DNA of 64,000 nt from Candidatus Multivoradales bacterium (GCA_965223325.1 CBDCWI010000001.1:1024001-1088000); one strand, 5' to 3'. Numbered from the stretch's first letter, positions 9,785-20,373 are shown. The notes: generated by a model not told the origin, from the letters alone. A program made the numbers and translations.

Positions 9785-11941
9785 CTATTCGATACCGAGC
9801 TGCTCGAGCAGCGCCCCAGCAGCTTCAGAGATCACCGTGCCGGGCGGAAAGATCGCCGCGGCACCTGCCTCACGCAAGGCATCGAAGTCCTGCGGCGGAA
9901 TCACGCCACCCACAACGATCATCACGTCTTCGCGACCGTGCTTTCTGAGCTCGTCGCGCAAGGCGGGCACGAGGCTCAAGTGACCGGCGGCGAGCGAGCT
10001 GACGCCCACGATGTGCACGTCGTTCTCGACGGCCTGGCGCGCGACTTCTTCGGGGGTGGCGAACAAGGGGCCTACGTCGACGTCGAAGCCAATGTCCGCA
10101 AACGCCGAGGCGATCACCTTCTGGCCGCGATCGTGCCCATCCTGCCCCATCTTGGCGACCAGGATACGCGGCCGCCGGCCTTCGCGCTCTTCGAAAGAGG
10201 CGATCTGATCGGCGAGCGCCTGCAGCGTTTCACTGTCGCCCACTTCGCCCCCGTAGACTCCCGAAAGCGTTTTCACCGATGCCTGATGTCGACCGAAGCA
10301 TTGCTCGAGAGCGTAGCTGATCTCACCTACCGTGGCGCGCTCGCGGGCTGCATCGACGGCCAGGGCCAGTAGGTTTCCGTCGCCGGTCTCGCCGGCGCGG
10401 GTGAGCGCTCGCAGTTTCTCCTCGACGGCACGTTGGTCGCGCGAGCGGCGCAGGTCCTCGAGGCGTGCGAGCTGTTGCTCGCGCACGGCGCGATTGTCGA
10501 CCTTACGCACCGCGATGGGTTCCTCGTGTTCGGGGCGGAACTGATTGACGCCAACAACCACTTTGCGCCCCGAGTCGATGCGCGCCTGGGTCCGCGCCGC
10601 GGCTTCTTCGATGCGCAGCTTCGGTAACCCCGCCTCGATGGCTTTCGCCATGCCACCTTCGGCTTCGACCTCGTCAATGTGGGTGAGCGCACGCAGGGCC
10701 AGATCGCGGGTGAGCTTCTCGACGAACCAACTGCCACCCCAGGGGTCGATCAACTGGCAGGTGTCCGTCTCCTGCTGGAGAAAGAGCTGGGTGTTGCGGG
10801 CGATGCGGGCTGAGAAGTCACTCGGTAGAGCCAACGCTTCGTCGAAGGCGTTGGTATGCAGCGACTGGGTGCCGCCCTCGGTCGCCGCCATCGCTTCGAT
10901 CGCCGTCCGCACGACGTTGCAGTAGACGTCTTGCGCGGTGAGGCTCCAACCCGACGTCTGGCAGTGGGTGCGCAGTGAGAGGGAGCGCGGCTCCTCGGGT
11001 GAGAACTGTGCCATCAACTTCGCCCACAGGAGGCGCGCGGCGCGCAGCTTGGCGACTTCCATCCAGAAGTCCATGCCAATGCCGAAGAAGAACGACAGCC
11101 GCGGCGCAAAGGCGTCGACAAGAAGACCCGCGCCGATGCCGGTGCGCACGTATTCGATGCCGTCGGCCAGGGTGTAGGCGAGTTCGAGGTCGGCGGTCGC
11201 TCCGGCCTCTTGCATGTGGTACCCGGAGATCGAAATGCTGTTCCAGCGCGGCATGTTCTCCGAGGTGTACGAGAAGATGTCGGCGATGATGCCCAGCGAA
11301 GGCCCGGGCGGGTAGATATAGGTGTTTCGTACCATGAACTCTTTGAGGATGTCGTTCTGAATGGTGCCGGCGAGGGCACTGGGGGCCACGCCCTGCTCCT
11401 CGGCAGCAACGATGTAGAGCGCCATGATCGGCAGCACCGCACCGTTCATCGTCATCGACACCGACATGCGATCGAGCGGAATACCTTCGAACAGAATGCG
11501 CATGTCGAGGATCGAGTCGATCGCCACCCCGGCCATGCCAACATCTGCCGCGACCCGCGGATGGTCCGAGTCGTAGCCCCGGTGGGTAGCAAGATCGAAC
11601 GCTACCGACAGGCCGCGCTGACCGGCAGCGAGGCCGCGACGGTAGAAAGCGTTCGACTGCTCGGCTGTCGAGAAGCCGGCGTACTGCCTGACCGTCCAGG
11701 GCCGAGTCGCATACATCGTCGGGTAGGGCCCGCGCACGTAGGGAGCGGCACCGGGAACACTGTTGAGGTGATCGACCTCAGAGAGCGCTTCGGGCCCGTA
11801 GATCGGTGCCAGGTCGATTCCCTCGGGGGTCTCGAAGCTGGCGCTCGTTCCGTTCCGGCCAGGCGAGCACTCGCTGACCGGCACGTCATCCCAGGCGACA
11901 TCGAGTCGCGCCGGAACACGAGGGCGCTGAGTCTCAGGCAT
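9785..11941 (-). CDS. scpA: Methylmalonyl-CoA mutase, large (B12-binding) subunit
   Basis: [41 protein letters not shown] (DxHxxG cobalamin motif). Confidence 0.97.
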   Translation of the reverse strand: MPETQRPRVPARLDVAWDDVPVSECSPGRNGTSASFETPEGIDLAPIYGPEALSEVDHLNSVPGAAPYVRGPYPTMYATRPWTVRQYAGFSTAEQSNAFYRRGLAAGQRGLSVAFDLATHRGYDSDHPRVAADVGMAGVAIDSILDMRILFEGIPLDRMSVSMTMNGAVLPIMALYIVAAEEQGVAPSALAGTIQNDILKEFMVRNTYIYPPGPSLGIIADIFSYTSENMPRWNSISISGYHMQEAGATADLELAYTLADGIEYVRTGIGAGLLVDAFAPRLSFFFGIGMDFWMEVAKLRAARLLWAKLMAQFSPEEPRSLSLRTHCQTSGWSLTAQDVYCNVVRTAIEAMAATEGGTQSLHTNAFDEALALPSDFSARIARNTQLFLQQETDTCQLIDPWGGSWFVEKLTRDLALRALTHIDEVEAEGGMAKAIEAGLPKLRIEEAAARTQARIDSGRKVVVGVNQFRPEHEEPIAVRKVDNRAVREQQLARLEDLRRSRDQRAVEEKLRALTRAGETGDGNLLALAVDAARERATVGEISYALEQCFGRHQASVKTLSGVYGGEVGDSETLQALADQIASFEEREGRRPRILVAKMGQDGHDRGQKVIASAFADIGFDVDVGPLFATPEEVARQAVENDVHIVGVSSLAAGHLSLVPALRDELRKHGREDVMIVVGGVIPPQDFDALREAGAAAIFPPGTVISEAAGALLEQLGIE

Positions 11942-14054
11942 GGTCCTCTACTCCCAGAGCGCTCAGCACGCCGGCAAGTGTCTTCTCGACATCAATGCCG
12001 AGATGGAACGCCTGATCGAACAGCCCGGCGACCTTCTCCTCAGATGGCTGGCCCTCGGCCGCGAGGGCGCTCGCGCGACCGGCGAGGTAGAGCGGCGCGG
12101 CCCCGGCAGCGGCCAGCGCCTCGGCTGCTGCTCTCCCCCGTCGTTCGTAGAGCTCATCGCTCGAGCACAGAACTGCTGCCTGGCAGCCACTGCTCGAGAA
12201 GGCCTGCGCGAGCGCCGACGCATCGGGGTACCCGTCTTCGCCCACGGTCGCGATGCCGGCAGCGCCCAGCAGGTTGCGCGTGAACCCGGCGCGCGCACTC
12301 CATGCCGCACCGGGGCCGAGATTGGCCAGGAACACCCGCGGCCCGGAGCCCTTGGCAGCACGGTGGCGCTCGGTGCGCGCGCGCAGTCGCTCGAAGGGCT
12401 CGGCGAACCTCTCTGCCGGGAGTGGTGAGATGGTGGTCGGGTTGGGTTCGCTAGACAGCAAGCCGAGCGTCGCGCCCGCTGCCATGGCCTCCACTTGAGC
12501 CTCGAAGGCTTTTCGACTCGTGCACTGTGGCCGCCCACCTCCCCAGGAGCGAGCGGCTCGTTCGGAGGCACGACGGGCATGGTCGCGGGTTCCGAAAGCA
12601 GGCGGTTCAGGCGGCGGCTGGGTGGCGAGGGCGGCAAACTCACTGACACCGGTGAGTGGCACCTTCCGCCGAGCGATGGCCTCCTGCCGGCGCTCGCTGA
12701 CATCACGTAGGCGCGAGGCCAGGGAACCGTCAGACAGTGCTCTTTGCATGCCGCCGGAGGCTTCGATCGCGAGCAGTTCCTGCCAGGCACCGCGCCCGAG
12801 CTCCTCCGTATACGCCTCGATCGCGACCGCGCCCCCGGCGGGATCGAAAACGCGCGCCATGCCGCTCTCGGCGATCAGAATGTGTTGGGTGTTGCGCGCC
12901 ACCCGGCGCCCGAGATCGCTGGTCGCGCCGCCGCTGTTGGCCAGCACCGAATCAAACGAGAGCGTCGTCAAGCGATCGGCACCTCCAATTGCCGCCGCGA
13001 GCCCAGCAGCCGTCACCCGCAGCAGATTCACCCAGGGGTCGACGCGGCTCAGCATGCGCTCAGACGATAGAGCTTCGATGGTTGCGCGCCGGCCATCGCC
13101 ATCGACCCCGCACACCGTGGCGAGTTTCTCCCACAGCAGGCGGAGCGCCCGCAGCTTGGCGATACTTCCGAAGAGCTCGGGGCCAACCGAGACCCGCAAG
13201 GTGATCTGGCGCAGCGCGCGTTCTACCGGCAGGCCGCCGTCGACCAGCACGCGCAGGTAGGAAAGCGCGGTGGCAGCGAGGCAACCCAGCTCTTGCGCGT
13301 CGCCAGCCCCCGCCAGGTGGTAGGGCGCTGAACAGGCCCGCACCGCCTGAACGTTGGGGCGTAGAGAATCAGCGAACACCGCCAGCGCCGCCATCTCCTG
13401 GCGCGCCCGTTCGATTCCCTGGGCCAGCTCGCCGGTACGCGCCAGCTCGCCCAGCGGGTCGGCATTCCACGAACCGCGACGATCTTCCGGGGCAATGCCG
13501 CGCTCCGACCACACGGCCTCGAGCATCGCGGCAGCGGGAGCGAAGGCGGAGCCCGCATCGAGAGCGATCGCCGCCGCCTCGACGTAGACGCCTTCGAGCA
13601 CCCGGCCCAGCGACGATACGTCGTAGACCGGCGCACCGACTCGAGCGCGCTTCTCCCCCGGCGCCGACACATGCAGGTCGCGACCCGCGCGCAAACCGTC
13701 GTCCAGGCGGAGCTCGATCGAGGTCACGCCACCCTCGAGATCATCGAGCACAGCCTGTGCCAGTGCGTCGAGATCGCCAGCGGCGTGCACCTGGCGGATG
13801 TCCCAGCCGTTCGCGGCTCGCCCGGCGACCGGCTGGCGCCATTTGGCGGGCCCGCGATCGGTCGCCGCTCCGGCCTCCAGGAGCGCTGGAACCTCGAGAC
13901 CCTCGAAGGTCTGGGGACCGAGCGTCGCTGGATCACGGCCCGCGAGAGTCTCGCTGGCCATCCGCCGCCAGTCTTCGAGAGACGTGTGTGCGAATTCCTG
14001 CGCCAGCGGAACGGATTCCTTTTGTCGGCCTATCTCGTTCGCTTCCTGAGTCAT
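11934..14054 (-). CDS. mutA: Methylmalonyl-CoA mutase small subunit
   Basis: [43 protein letters not shown]; lacks DxHxxG; overlaps the scpA start. Confidence 0.92.
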   Translation of the reverse strand: MTQEANEIGRQKESVPLAQEFAHTSLEDWRRMASETLAGRDPATLGPQTFEGLEVPALLEAGAATDRGPAKWRQPVAGRAANGWDIRQVHAAGDLDALAQAVLDDLEGGVTSIELRLDDGLRAGRDLHVSAPGEKRARVGAPVYDVSSLGRVLEGVYVEAAAIALDAGSAFAPAAAMLEAVWSERGIAPEDRRGSWNADPLGELARTGELAQGIERARQEMAALAVFADSLRPNVQAVRACSAPYHLAGAGDAQELGCLAATALSYLRVLVDGGLPVERALRQITLRVSVGPELFGSIAKLRALRLLWEKLATVCGVDGDGRRATIEALSSERMLSRVDPWVNLLRVTAAGLAAAIGGADRLTTLSFDSVLANSGGATSDLGRRVARNTQHILIAESGMARVFDPAGGAVAIEAYTEELGRGAWQELLAIEASGGMQRALSDGSLASRLRDVSERRQEAIARRKVPLTGVSEFAALATQPPPEPPAFGTRDHARRASERAARSWGGGRPQCTSRKAFEAQVEAMAAGATLGLLSSEPNPTTISPLPAERFAEPFERLRARTERHRAAKGSGPRVFLANLGPGAAWSARAGFTRNLLGAAGIATVGEDGYPDASALAQAFSSSGCQAAVLCSSDELYERRGRAAAEALAAAGAAPLYLAGRASALAAEGQPSEEKVAGLFDQAFHLGIDVEKTLAGVLSALGVEDHA

Positions 14055-14323
14055 ACATCTATCTTAGGGTCACCGGAGGACGCTTGGGGTGTGAAAGTCG
14101 TTGCATCCCGCATCGGCCAGGCCCTATATTCGGCTTCTCGAATGCCCACCGTGTGACCACGTGGCCTGTGGCCTGTCCCACGCTTCCATGCCGAGTGCTC
14201 GGCGTCGCCCGTTCGGGCACCGCGCTCCCGCTACTCGAGCTCTCCACCACCACCGAAGACCTTGCAGAAGGGGTTTCATGGCCCCTCGGGGGCTCGTGCG
14301 TGCAGCGAAACCCAAGGGTTAAA

Positions 14324-14371
14324 CCGCGAGATGTTGTGGTATTCATTGACCGACACCACAACCTGTTGTAC
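14324..14371. promoter_or_regulatory. Tandem NrdR boxes
   Basis: CCGCGAGATGTTGTGG (14324-14339) and CCACAACCTGTTGTAC (14356-14371) resemble the acaCwAtATaTwGtg consensus, are 32 bp apart and lie upstream of nrdAB. Confidence 0.8.
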
Positions 14372-14374
14372 CCT
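14346..14374 (+). promoter_or_regulatory. Sigma70-type promoter for nrdAB
   Basis: TTGACC (14346-14351), 17-bp spacer, TACCCT (14369-14374); the second NrdR box overlaps the spacer and -10. Confidence 0.7.
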
Positions 14375-14379
14375 GCAAC

Positions 14380-14967
14380 TTCGTCCACCGGGCACGCGAG
14401 TTTCCGCCGCAGAGGTTGGCGGAGACCCCTCGAGAGAGGCGGATTCCAGCTCACGTTGCCCTCTGGCAAGTCCATGACCGCGAACGCCATCCGGCCGAGC
14501 AGGAATGGTCACGCTGCGAAAAGCAGGGATGCGAAAAGCAGGGAGTAGGAGAAGCGGAGAGTAGGGAGACCTTCAGCAGCATTCAAGCGGGTCTCTTTCT
14601 TCGCTCGGGGAGCGGCGCGGCTTCGGCCGAGCTTCTTTCTGTTCCTGCCGCGCGGCACCGACTTTTGATTCCTTTCATGCGCCCGATCCATGAGGCACCG
14701 ATCGACCCCCGGCGTACCTCGGGGCGGAGCCTGCCCACACGAGCCTGCAATTCCAGAAACCCGCAGCCTCGAGGTTGGCAGCCCCGTCATGAGAAACGGC
14801 GAGGCGCTCGGAACCTCACTTTCTTCTCGTCATTCGTCTGCTTGGAGGACTGCGCCGGAATCCCCGCGCGTCTCTCCTCTTTCCATCGAAGTGTCGCCAT
14901 GGGCAACACCCCCAAAGTCCGAACGTGAGTTGAGAACCGACGCCAGGCGTCGGAGGAAGGGAAGCAA
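14380..14967 (+). ncRNA. Long structured 5' leader of nrdAB (candidate cis-regulatory RNA)
   Basis: Successive hairpins: TTTCCGCC/GGCGGAGA, CCTC-GAGA-GAGG, TTGCC-CTCT-GGCAA, TGACC..GGTCA, AGG-GAGA-CCT, and GAGACC..GGTCTC followed by TTTCTT. No convincing ORF. Confidence 0.4.
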
Positions 14968-17871
14968 GTGAGAGTAGTCAAGCGCACCGGAGAGATCGTC
15001 GACTTCGATCGTGATCGCATCGCGCAAGCCATCATGGCGGCCGTCTCTGCCAACGGCTCGAGCGTGCCGCGTACCGATATCGACACCATGAGCGAGAACA
15101 TCGTCGACGAGGTCGGCGCTCGTTTTCAGGAGTTCTTTCCGAACGTCGAGAACATCCAGGACATCGTCGAGAAGCACCTGGTGCTCGCCGGCCACTACGA
15201 AGTCGCCAAGTCCTACATCCTCTACCGCGCCGAACGTCAGAAGGCGCGTAGCGAGGCCAAGGAACGAGCCATCGAAGACGCGCGCATGGGCAAGCTCACG
15301 GCCACCACGCGCGACGGCCGCACGGTGCTGTTCAACGTGCGCGAAGTCGAGTCGACGCTTGCCAAGGCGGCGCGCGGTCTCGACGACATCGACCTCGACA
15401 TGGTGCTGCGTGAGGTCGTCCACAACGTCTACGACGGCATTCCCACACGGCAGATTCAGCAGGCGATGGTGCTGGCCACCGCCGCCTTTATCGAGCGCGA
15501 CCCGGAGTACAGCCGTCTGGCCGCGCGCCTGCAGCTCGACGCCGTCTACCGCGAGGTCATCGGCCGCTCGTGTGGCGAGGCCGAGCTCGATGCCATCTAT
15601 CGGGAGAGTTTCAAGGACACGATCACGAACACGGTCCGGCGCGGTCGCCTCGCCGAGGGCATGCTCGCCTTCGATCTCGAGCTGCTCGCCAACAGCCTGA
15701 AGCCCGAGCGCGACGACCTCTTCCAGTTCCTCGGCGCACAGACGCTGTACGACCGCTACCTCCTGCGCAACGACCAGGCCGAGTGTCTCGAGCTGCCGCA
15801 GGGCTTCTGGATGCGCGTCGCCATGGGCCTGGCGATCGAAGAACCCGACCGCAACGAGCGCGCGCTCGAGTTCTACAACACCCTCTCGCAGCTGCACTAC
15901 GTCGCTTCGACTCCAACCCTCTTCCACGCCGGCACGTCGCACCCGCAGCTGTCGTCGTGCTACCTCACGACCATCGACGACCACCTCTCACACATCTTCA
16001 AGAGCCTCGGTGACAACGCGCAGCTGTCGAAGTGGTCGGGTGGCATCGGCAACGACTGGTCCAACATTCGGGCGACCGGCGCGCACATCCAGAGCACCAA
16101 CGTCAACAGCCAGGGTGTCGTTCCGTTCCTCAAGATCGCCAACGACGTCACCATGGCAATCAACCGTTCCGGCAAGCGTCGCGGCGCCACCTGCGCCTAT
16201 CTCGAAACCTGGCACTACGACATCGAAGACTTTCTCGATCTGCGCAAGAACACCGGCGACGACCGTCGTCGCACGCACGACATGAACACCGCCAACTGGA
16301 TTCCAGATCTGTTCATGAAGCGCGTCGCGGCAGACGAAGACTGGTCGCTGTTCTCGCCCAACGAGGTCCCGGAGCTGCACCACACCTTCGGGCGCGAGTT
16401 CGAAAAGCACTACAAGCAGTACGAGGCCGCCGGAGAACGCGGCGAACTACGCCTCCACAAGAAGGTGCGGGCGCAGGACCTGTGGCGCAAGATGCTCACC
16501 ATGCTCTTCGAAACCGGGCACCCCTGGATCACTTTCAAGGACCCGTGCAACATCCGTTCGCCGCAAGACCACGTGGGCGTCGTGCACAGCTCGAACCTGT
16601 GCACCGAGATCACGCTCAACACCTCGGCAGACGAGACCGCGGTGTGCAACCTGGGTTCGGTCAACCTCTCGCTCGCCGTACGGGAAACGGCCGACGGTGG
16701 CTACGAGATCGACGAGGAGCACCTGGCGAAGACGGTGTCGACGGCAATTCGCATGCTCGACAACGTCATCGACATCAACTTCTACCCCACCGAGGAAGCA
16801 CGCAACTCGAACCTGCGCCATCGCCCGATCGGGCTTGGCTGCATGGGTTTTCAAGACCTGCTCTTCAAGCTCAACGTGCCGTTCGCCAGCGAAGAGGCCA
16901 TCGAGATCGCCGACCGTGTGCAGGAGGTCATCTCGTACCACGCGATCCTGACGTCGTCGAAGTTGGCGGCCGAACGGGGCTCGTACCCGAGCTACGAAGG
17001 CTCGAAGTGGAGTCGCGGCCTCTTCCCCATCGACACTGTCGACCTGCTCGAGAAGGAGCGCGGCGTGCCAATCGAAGTGTCGCGCACCCAGCGTTTGGAC
17101 TGGCAGTCGGTGCGCGAGCACGTTCGGGACCACGGCATTCGCAACTCGAACATGATGGCGATTGCACCCACCGCGACAATCTCCAACATCAGCGGCTGCT
17201 TCCCCTGCATCGAGCCGATCTACAAGAACATCTACGTCAAGGCCAACATCAGCGGCGAGTTTACGATCGTCAACTCCTACCTGGTGCAGGACCTCAAGGC
17301 ACTCGGCCTGTGGAACCAGGACATGCTCGATCGTCTCAAGTACGCCGACGGCAACCTCGAGGTGATTCCTGAAATCCCCGAGGCCTTGCGCACCAAGTAC
17401 AAAGAGGCTTTTGAGATCGACGCCATCCACTGCCTACGGCTGACCGCTGCACGCGGCAAGTGGATCGACCAGAGCGCCAGCCACAACGTCTTCTTGAAGG
17501 GCACCAGTGGCAAGAAGCTCGCCGAGACCTACATGGCCGCCTGGCGCATGGGTCTCAAGACGACGTACTACTTGCGTTCGCTGGCCGCGACCCAGGTCGA
17601 AAAGTCGACTCTCGATGCCAAGAAGTTCGGCTACACCCAGAAGCGTGAGTACGGAGCACAGCCGGCAGAGGTGCCGAGTGCGGTAGCGGTGGCGGCGGCG
17701 ATCGAGGGCGCCACACCGAGTAATCCAGCCCAGATCAGTCCAGCCCAGATCAGTCCAGCTCAGCGTCATGGCGCGCTGGCCTCGCCATCGGCAAAGGCCG
17801 GCCTGGCTGCCGTTCCAGAAGAGCCCAAGCTCTGCCGCATTGACGACCCCGACTGTGAAGCCTGCCAGTAG
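14968..17871 (+). CDS. nrdA: Ribonucleoside-diphosphate reductase alpha subunit with two ATP-cones
   Basis: VVKRTGEIVDFD and TTRDGRTVLFN cones, TPTLF, LSSCYL, SNLCTEI, APTATIS, LKTTYYLRS, C-terminal CEACQ; GTG start after GGAGG. Confidence 0.97.
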   Translation: MRVVKRTGEIVDFDRDRIAQAIMAAVSANGSSVPRTDIDTMSENIVDEVGARFQEFFPNVENIQDIVEKHLVLAGHYEVAKSYILYRAERQKARSEAKERAIEDARMGKLTATTRDGRTVLFNVREVESTLAKAARGLDDIDLDMVLREVVHNVYDGIPTRQIQQAMVLATAAFIERDPEYSRLAARLQLDAVYREVIGRSCGEAELDAIYRESFKDTITNTVRRGRLAEGMLAFDLELLANSLKPERDDLFQFLGAQTLYDRYLLRNDQAECLELPQGFWMRVAMGLAIEEPDRNERALEFYNTLSQLHYVASTPTLFHAGTSHPQLSSCYLTTIDDHLSHIFKSLGDNAQLSKWSGGIGNDWSNIRATGAHIQSTNVNSQGVVPFLKIANDVTMAINRSGKRRGATCAYLETWHYDIEDFLDLRKNTGDDRRRTHDMNTANWIPDLFMKRVAADEDWSLFSPNEVPELHHTFGREFEKHYKQYEAAGERGELRLHKKVRAQDLWRKMLTMLFETGHPWITFKDPCNIRSPQDHVGVVHSSNLCTEITLNTSADETAVCNLGSVNLSLAVRETADGGYEIDEEHLAKTVSTAIRMLDNVIDINFYPTEEARNSNLRHRPIGLGCMGFQDLLFKLNVPFASEEAIEIADRVQEVISYHAILTSSKLAAERGSYPSYEGSKWSRGLFPIDTVDLLEKERGVPIEVSRTQRLDWQSVREHVRDHGIRNSNMMAIAPTATISNISGCFPCIEPIYKNIYVKANISGEFTIVNSYLVQDLKALGLWNQDMLDRLKYADGNLEVIPEIPEALRTKYKEAFEIDAIHCLRLTAARGKWIDQSASHNVFLKGTSGKKLAETYMAAWRMGLKTTYYLRSLAATQVEKSTLDAKKFGYTQKREYGAQPAEVPSAVAVAAAIEGATPSNPAQISPAQISPAQRHGALASPSAKAGLAAVPEEPKLCRIDDPDCEACQ
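17726..17763 (+). repeat. 15-bp tandem repeat (PAQIS x ~2.5) in the NrdA C-terminal linker
   Basis: CCAGCCCAGATCAGT CCAGCCCAGATCAGT CCAGCTCAG. Confidence 0.85.
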
Positions 17872-17993
17872 GAGCCTGCAGGAGCTCGGTCGCCGCCCGA
17901 AGACCCGACTCGAGCCAACAGATCAGAACCATAGGCCACCGAAGCAAACCGCCCAGAAGGGCACCTGTCCCCGAGACCGTGGAGTAAGAGAAC

Positions 17994-18989
17994 ATGCCGA
18001 TCATCAATGCGTCCAAGACCGACCCGAACAAGATCCTTCCGATCACCTACCCGTGGGCGCGGGAGTACTACAAGAACGGGATCGCCAACAACTGGACGCC
18101 CGAAGAGATCTCGATGCAAAAAGACGTCGAGCAGTGGAAGTCCGACCACGTCCTCTCAGACACTGAGCGCCGCCTGATTCTCTGGAACCTCGGCTTCTTC
18201 TCGACGGCCGAGTCGCTGACCGCCAACAACATCGTGTTGGCGGTCTACAACCACGTCACCAACCCCGAGGCGCGCCAGTACCTGCTGCGCCAGGCCTTCG
18301 AAGAGGCGGTACACACCGACACCTTCATCTACTGCTGCGACACGCTCGGACTCGACCCCGACTACATTTTCAACATGTATAAGACCATCCCGTCGATCCG
18401 CGAGAAAGACGACTTCGTCGTCGACCTCACCAAGTCGGTGTTCGATCCCAGCTTCACGACCGAAGGCATCGAGAACATGCAGCGCTTCGTGCGCGACCTG
18501 ATCGGTTTCTACGTGATCATGGAAGGCATCTTCTTCTACGCGGGGTTCGCCATGATGCTCGCCCTGCGTCGCCAGAACCGCATGGTCGGCATTGGCGAAC
18601 AGTTCGAATACATCATGCGCGACGAGAGCCTCCACCTGGCGTTCGGCTGCGACCTGATCAAAACCATCTGCGCCGAGAACCCGGGCGTTTGGACCCAGGA
18701 GTTTCGCGACGAAACCGTCGAGCTCGTGCGACGCGCGGTCGAGCTCGAGGCGATCTACGCCCGCGATGCGTGCCCCGAAGGGGTGCTCGGAATCAACGCC
18801 GAGAAGTTCTGCCACTACGTCGAGCACGTTGCCGACCGTCGTCTCGAGCGACTCGACCTCCCGAAGATCTTCAACCGCGAGAACCCGTTCCCCTGGATGT
18901 CACAGTCGACCGATCTGTCGAAAGAGAAGAACTTCTTCGAGACCCGGGTGACCGAATACCAGACCGGTGCAAGCCTCAGCTGGGACTGA
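17994..18989 (+). CDS. nrdB: Ribonucleotide reductase beta subunit, class Ic (R2c, Mn/Fe) type
   Basis: FSTAESL (E73), EEAVHTDTF (F111 at the radical-Tyr position), MEGIFFY, RDESLH, EKNFFETRVTEY. Confidence 0.95.
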   Translation: MPIINASKTDPNKILPITYPWAREYYKNGIANNWTPEEISMQKDVEQWKSDHVLSDTERRLILWNLGFFSTAESLTANNIVLAVYNHVTNPEARQYLLRQAFEEAVHTDTFIYCCDTLGLDPDYIFNMYKTIPSIREKDDFVVDLTKSVFDPSFTTEGIENMQRFVRDLIGFYVIMEGIFFYAGFAMMLALRRQNRMVGIGEQFEYIMRDESLHLAFGCDLIKTICAENPGVWTQEFRDETVELVRRAVELEAIYARDACPEGVLGINAEKFCHYVEHVADRRLERLDLPKIFNRENPFPWMSQSTDLSKEKNFFETRVTEYQTGASLSWD

Positions 18990-19095
18990 GAACAGCCAAC
19001 CCACAAAAGCGAGCAGGTGAACCCTGAAGAGCAGAGGAAGTCGTTTCGCTGAGTCATGGCCCGCGCGACCGTCGGCCGCCCTGGCCGCACGGTCG

Positions 19096-19557
19096 GTGCT
19101 GGCTCTTTTGGCCGGCGGCATCGTCCTTGCCATTGCGCTGGCGCCCGCACTTCGCCAGCAATCCAACGGCCTGGCCGAATGGATCTACCTGGCCTTCGCG
19201 CCGACCTGCCATCAGATCGCCGAGCGCAGCTTCCATGCGTTCTCGCACCCACTCGCGGTGTGCCACCGTTGTTTCGGGATCTACATCGGCCTGTTGGTCG
19301 GCGTCCTGGCGTGGCCGGCAGCCCAGCGCGCCAAGGCCTGGCTCCAGCAGGACCTCAGGCGGGTGGTCTGGCTCTTCGTCCCCACCGTCGTCGACTGGCT
19401 GCTCTTCGGGTGGAACACGCCGACCAGTCGCTTTCTGACCGGCGCCGTCGCCGGTCTCGCGCTGGCACTCCTGGCTTCTATCGCGGCGCAACAACTCGCC
19501 GCTACCTTTGATCGAACGAGTCAGGCGGCATACGCGGCTCGGGGAGAAACGTCATGA
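19096..19557 (+). CDS. DUF2085-like membrane protein
   Basis: CHQIAERSF...AVCHRCFGIYIG motif and several TM segments; start uncertain. Confidence 0.8.
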   Translation: MLALLAGGIVLAIALAPALRQQSNGLAEWIYLAFAPTCHQIAERSFHAFSHPLAVCHRCFGIYIGLLVGVLAWPAAQRAKAWLQQDLRRVVWLFVPTVVDWLLFGWNTPTSRFLTGAVAGLALALLASIAAQQLAATFDRTSQAAYAARGETS

Positions 19558-20075
19558 ACGATCGTCTGCAACCAGTATTGATCGCCGGCGCCGTGATCGG
19601 CGTCCTGGGCGGCATTCCACTGCTCAACTGCGGCTGCTGCTTCTGGGGCCTGGGTGGTGGCATGTTGGCGTCCTGGCTCTACCTACGCAATCAGAGCCCG
19701 GTCTTCGTTGGGGCGCAACCCGATGTCGGCCAAGGGGCCCTCCTCGGAGCTGGCGCCGGTGCCATTGGGGCGGTGATCGCGGGCGTCATGGGCTGGGGCT
19801 TCAGCCTCGCCATGGGGTCGATGTTCGACAGCTCATCCATCGACTTCAGCGAGATCGAAGGCATCCCACCCGAACTCGCCGACAGCATGACCAACATGTT
19901 TGCCAGCGGCGGCGCGGGCTGCATCGGGCTGGCCTTCAACATCGGCGTCGGGCTGTTCGGCTATGGCCTCCTCGGAGCCCTGGGTGGCATGTTGGGAGCG
20001 GCGTTGTTCACCCCCAAGGCACCGCCTTCGGCCCCGGTCGCACCGCCGCCGCCACCAGATCCAACCACCACGTAG
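19554..20075 (+). CDS. Membrane protein with CGCC motif and Pro-rich tail
   Basis: ATGA overlap with the upstream gene; ~4 Gly-rich TM segments; LNCGCCFW. Confidence 0.8.
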   Translation: MNDRLQPVLIAGAVIGVLGGIPLLNCGCCFWGLGGGMLASWLYLRNQSPVFVGAQPDVGQGALLGAGAGAIGAVIAGVMGWGFSLAMGSMFDSSSIDFSEIEGIPPELADSMTNMFASGGAGCIGLAFNIGVGLFGYGLLGALGGMLGAALFTPKAPPSAPVAPPPPPDPTTT

Positions 20076-20093
20076 ACAGCAGCTCGTCCTACC

Positions 20094-20146
20094 AAAAAGG
20101 CGGCGCCCCCACCACTTTTGTGGTTGAGGCGCCGCTTTTTCTTTTC
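20094..20146 (+). terminator. Intrinsic terminator (potentially bidirectional)
   Basis: AAAAAGGCGGCGCC...GGCGCCGCTTTTTCTTTT stem with inner ACCAC-TTTT-GTGGT hairpin. Confidence 0.85.
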
Positions 20147-20263
20147 GCTCATTAGGTGGAGAGGCGTGGGCCGAACGCCAGGAACCCGCGGCCCGCGGCA
20201 TTCTTTCAGGGATCTCGGGTGCTCCCCGAAGCAGCGGGCCGTCACGCCGACAAAAAAAAGCGG

Positions 20264-20279
20264 TGGCACACAACTCGCA
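20264..20279 (+). promoter_or_regulatory. Sigma54 (-24/-12) promoter of the subtilase gene
   Basis: TGGCAC-ACAAC-TCGCA matches TGGCAC-N5-TTGCW with exact GG-N10-GC spacing, ~95 bp before the ATG; preceded by an A8 tract. Confidence 0.8.
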
Positions 20280-20288
20280 CTACTGGTC

Positions 20289-20338
20289 TGTCGACAGTGT
20301 TCTGTTGACAGCCGTTTGTCGACACCGGTTTGTCGCCA
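20289..20338. repeat. Four TGTCGACA-like palindromes with exact 14-bp period
   Basis: TGTCGACA 20289, TGTTGACA 20303, TGTCGACA 20317, TGTCGCCA 20331. Confidence 0.85.
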
Positions 20339-20373
20339 CCCACTTCCGCCCGCGCACTTCTGGAAGACCACCC

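Noticed and set aside
8623-9948. Long antisense ORFs (here and opposite nrdA, the kinase and the antiporter)
   Set aside because: Typical high-GC antisense shadows of well-supported genes
14055-14967. Cobalamin riboswitch expected next to the mutase/RNR genes
   Set aside because: Could not find the B12-box or the GGGAA/CCCCGCAACTGT core on either strand by eye
14968-17871. Intein or intron in nrdA
   Set aside because: The extra length is explained by a second ATP-cone and a low-complexity C-terminal linker; no splicing motifs or frame break seen
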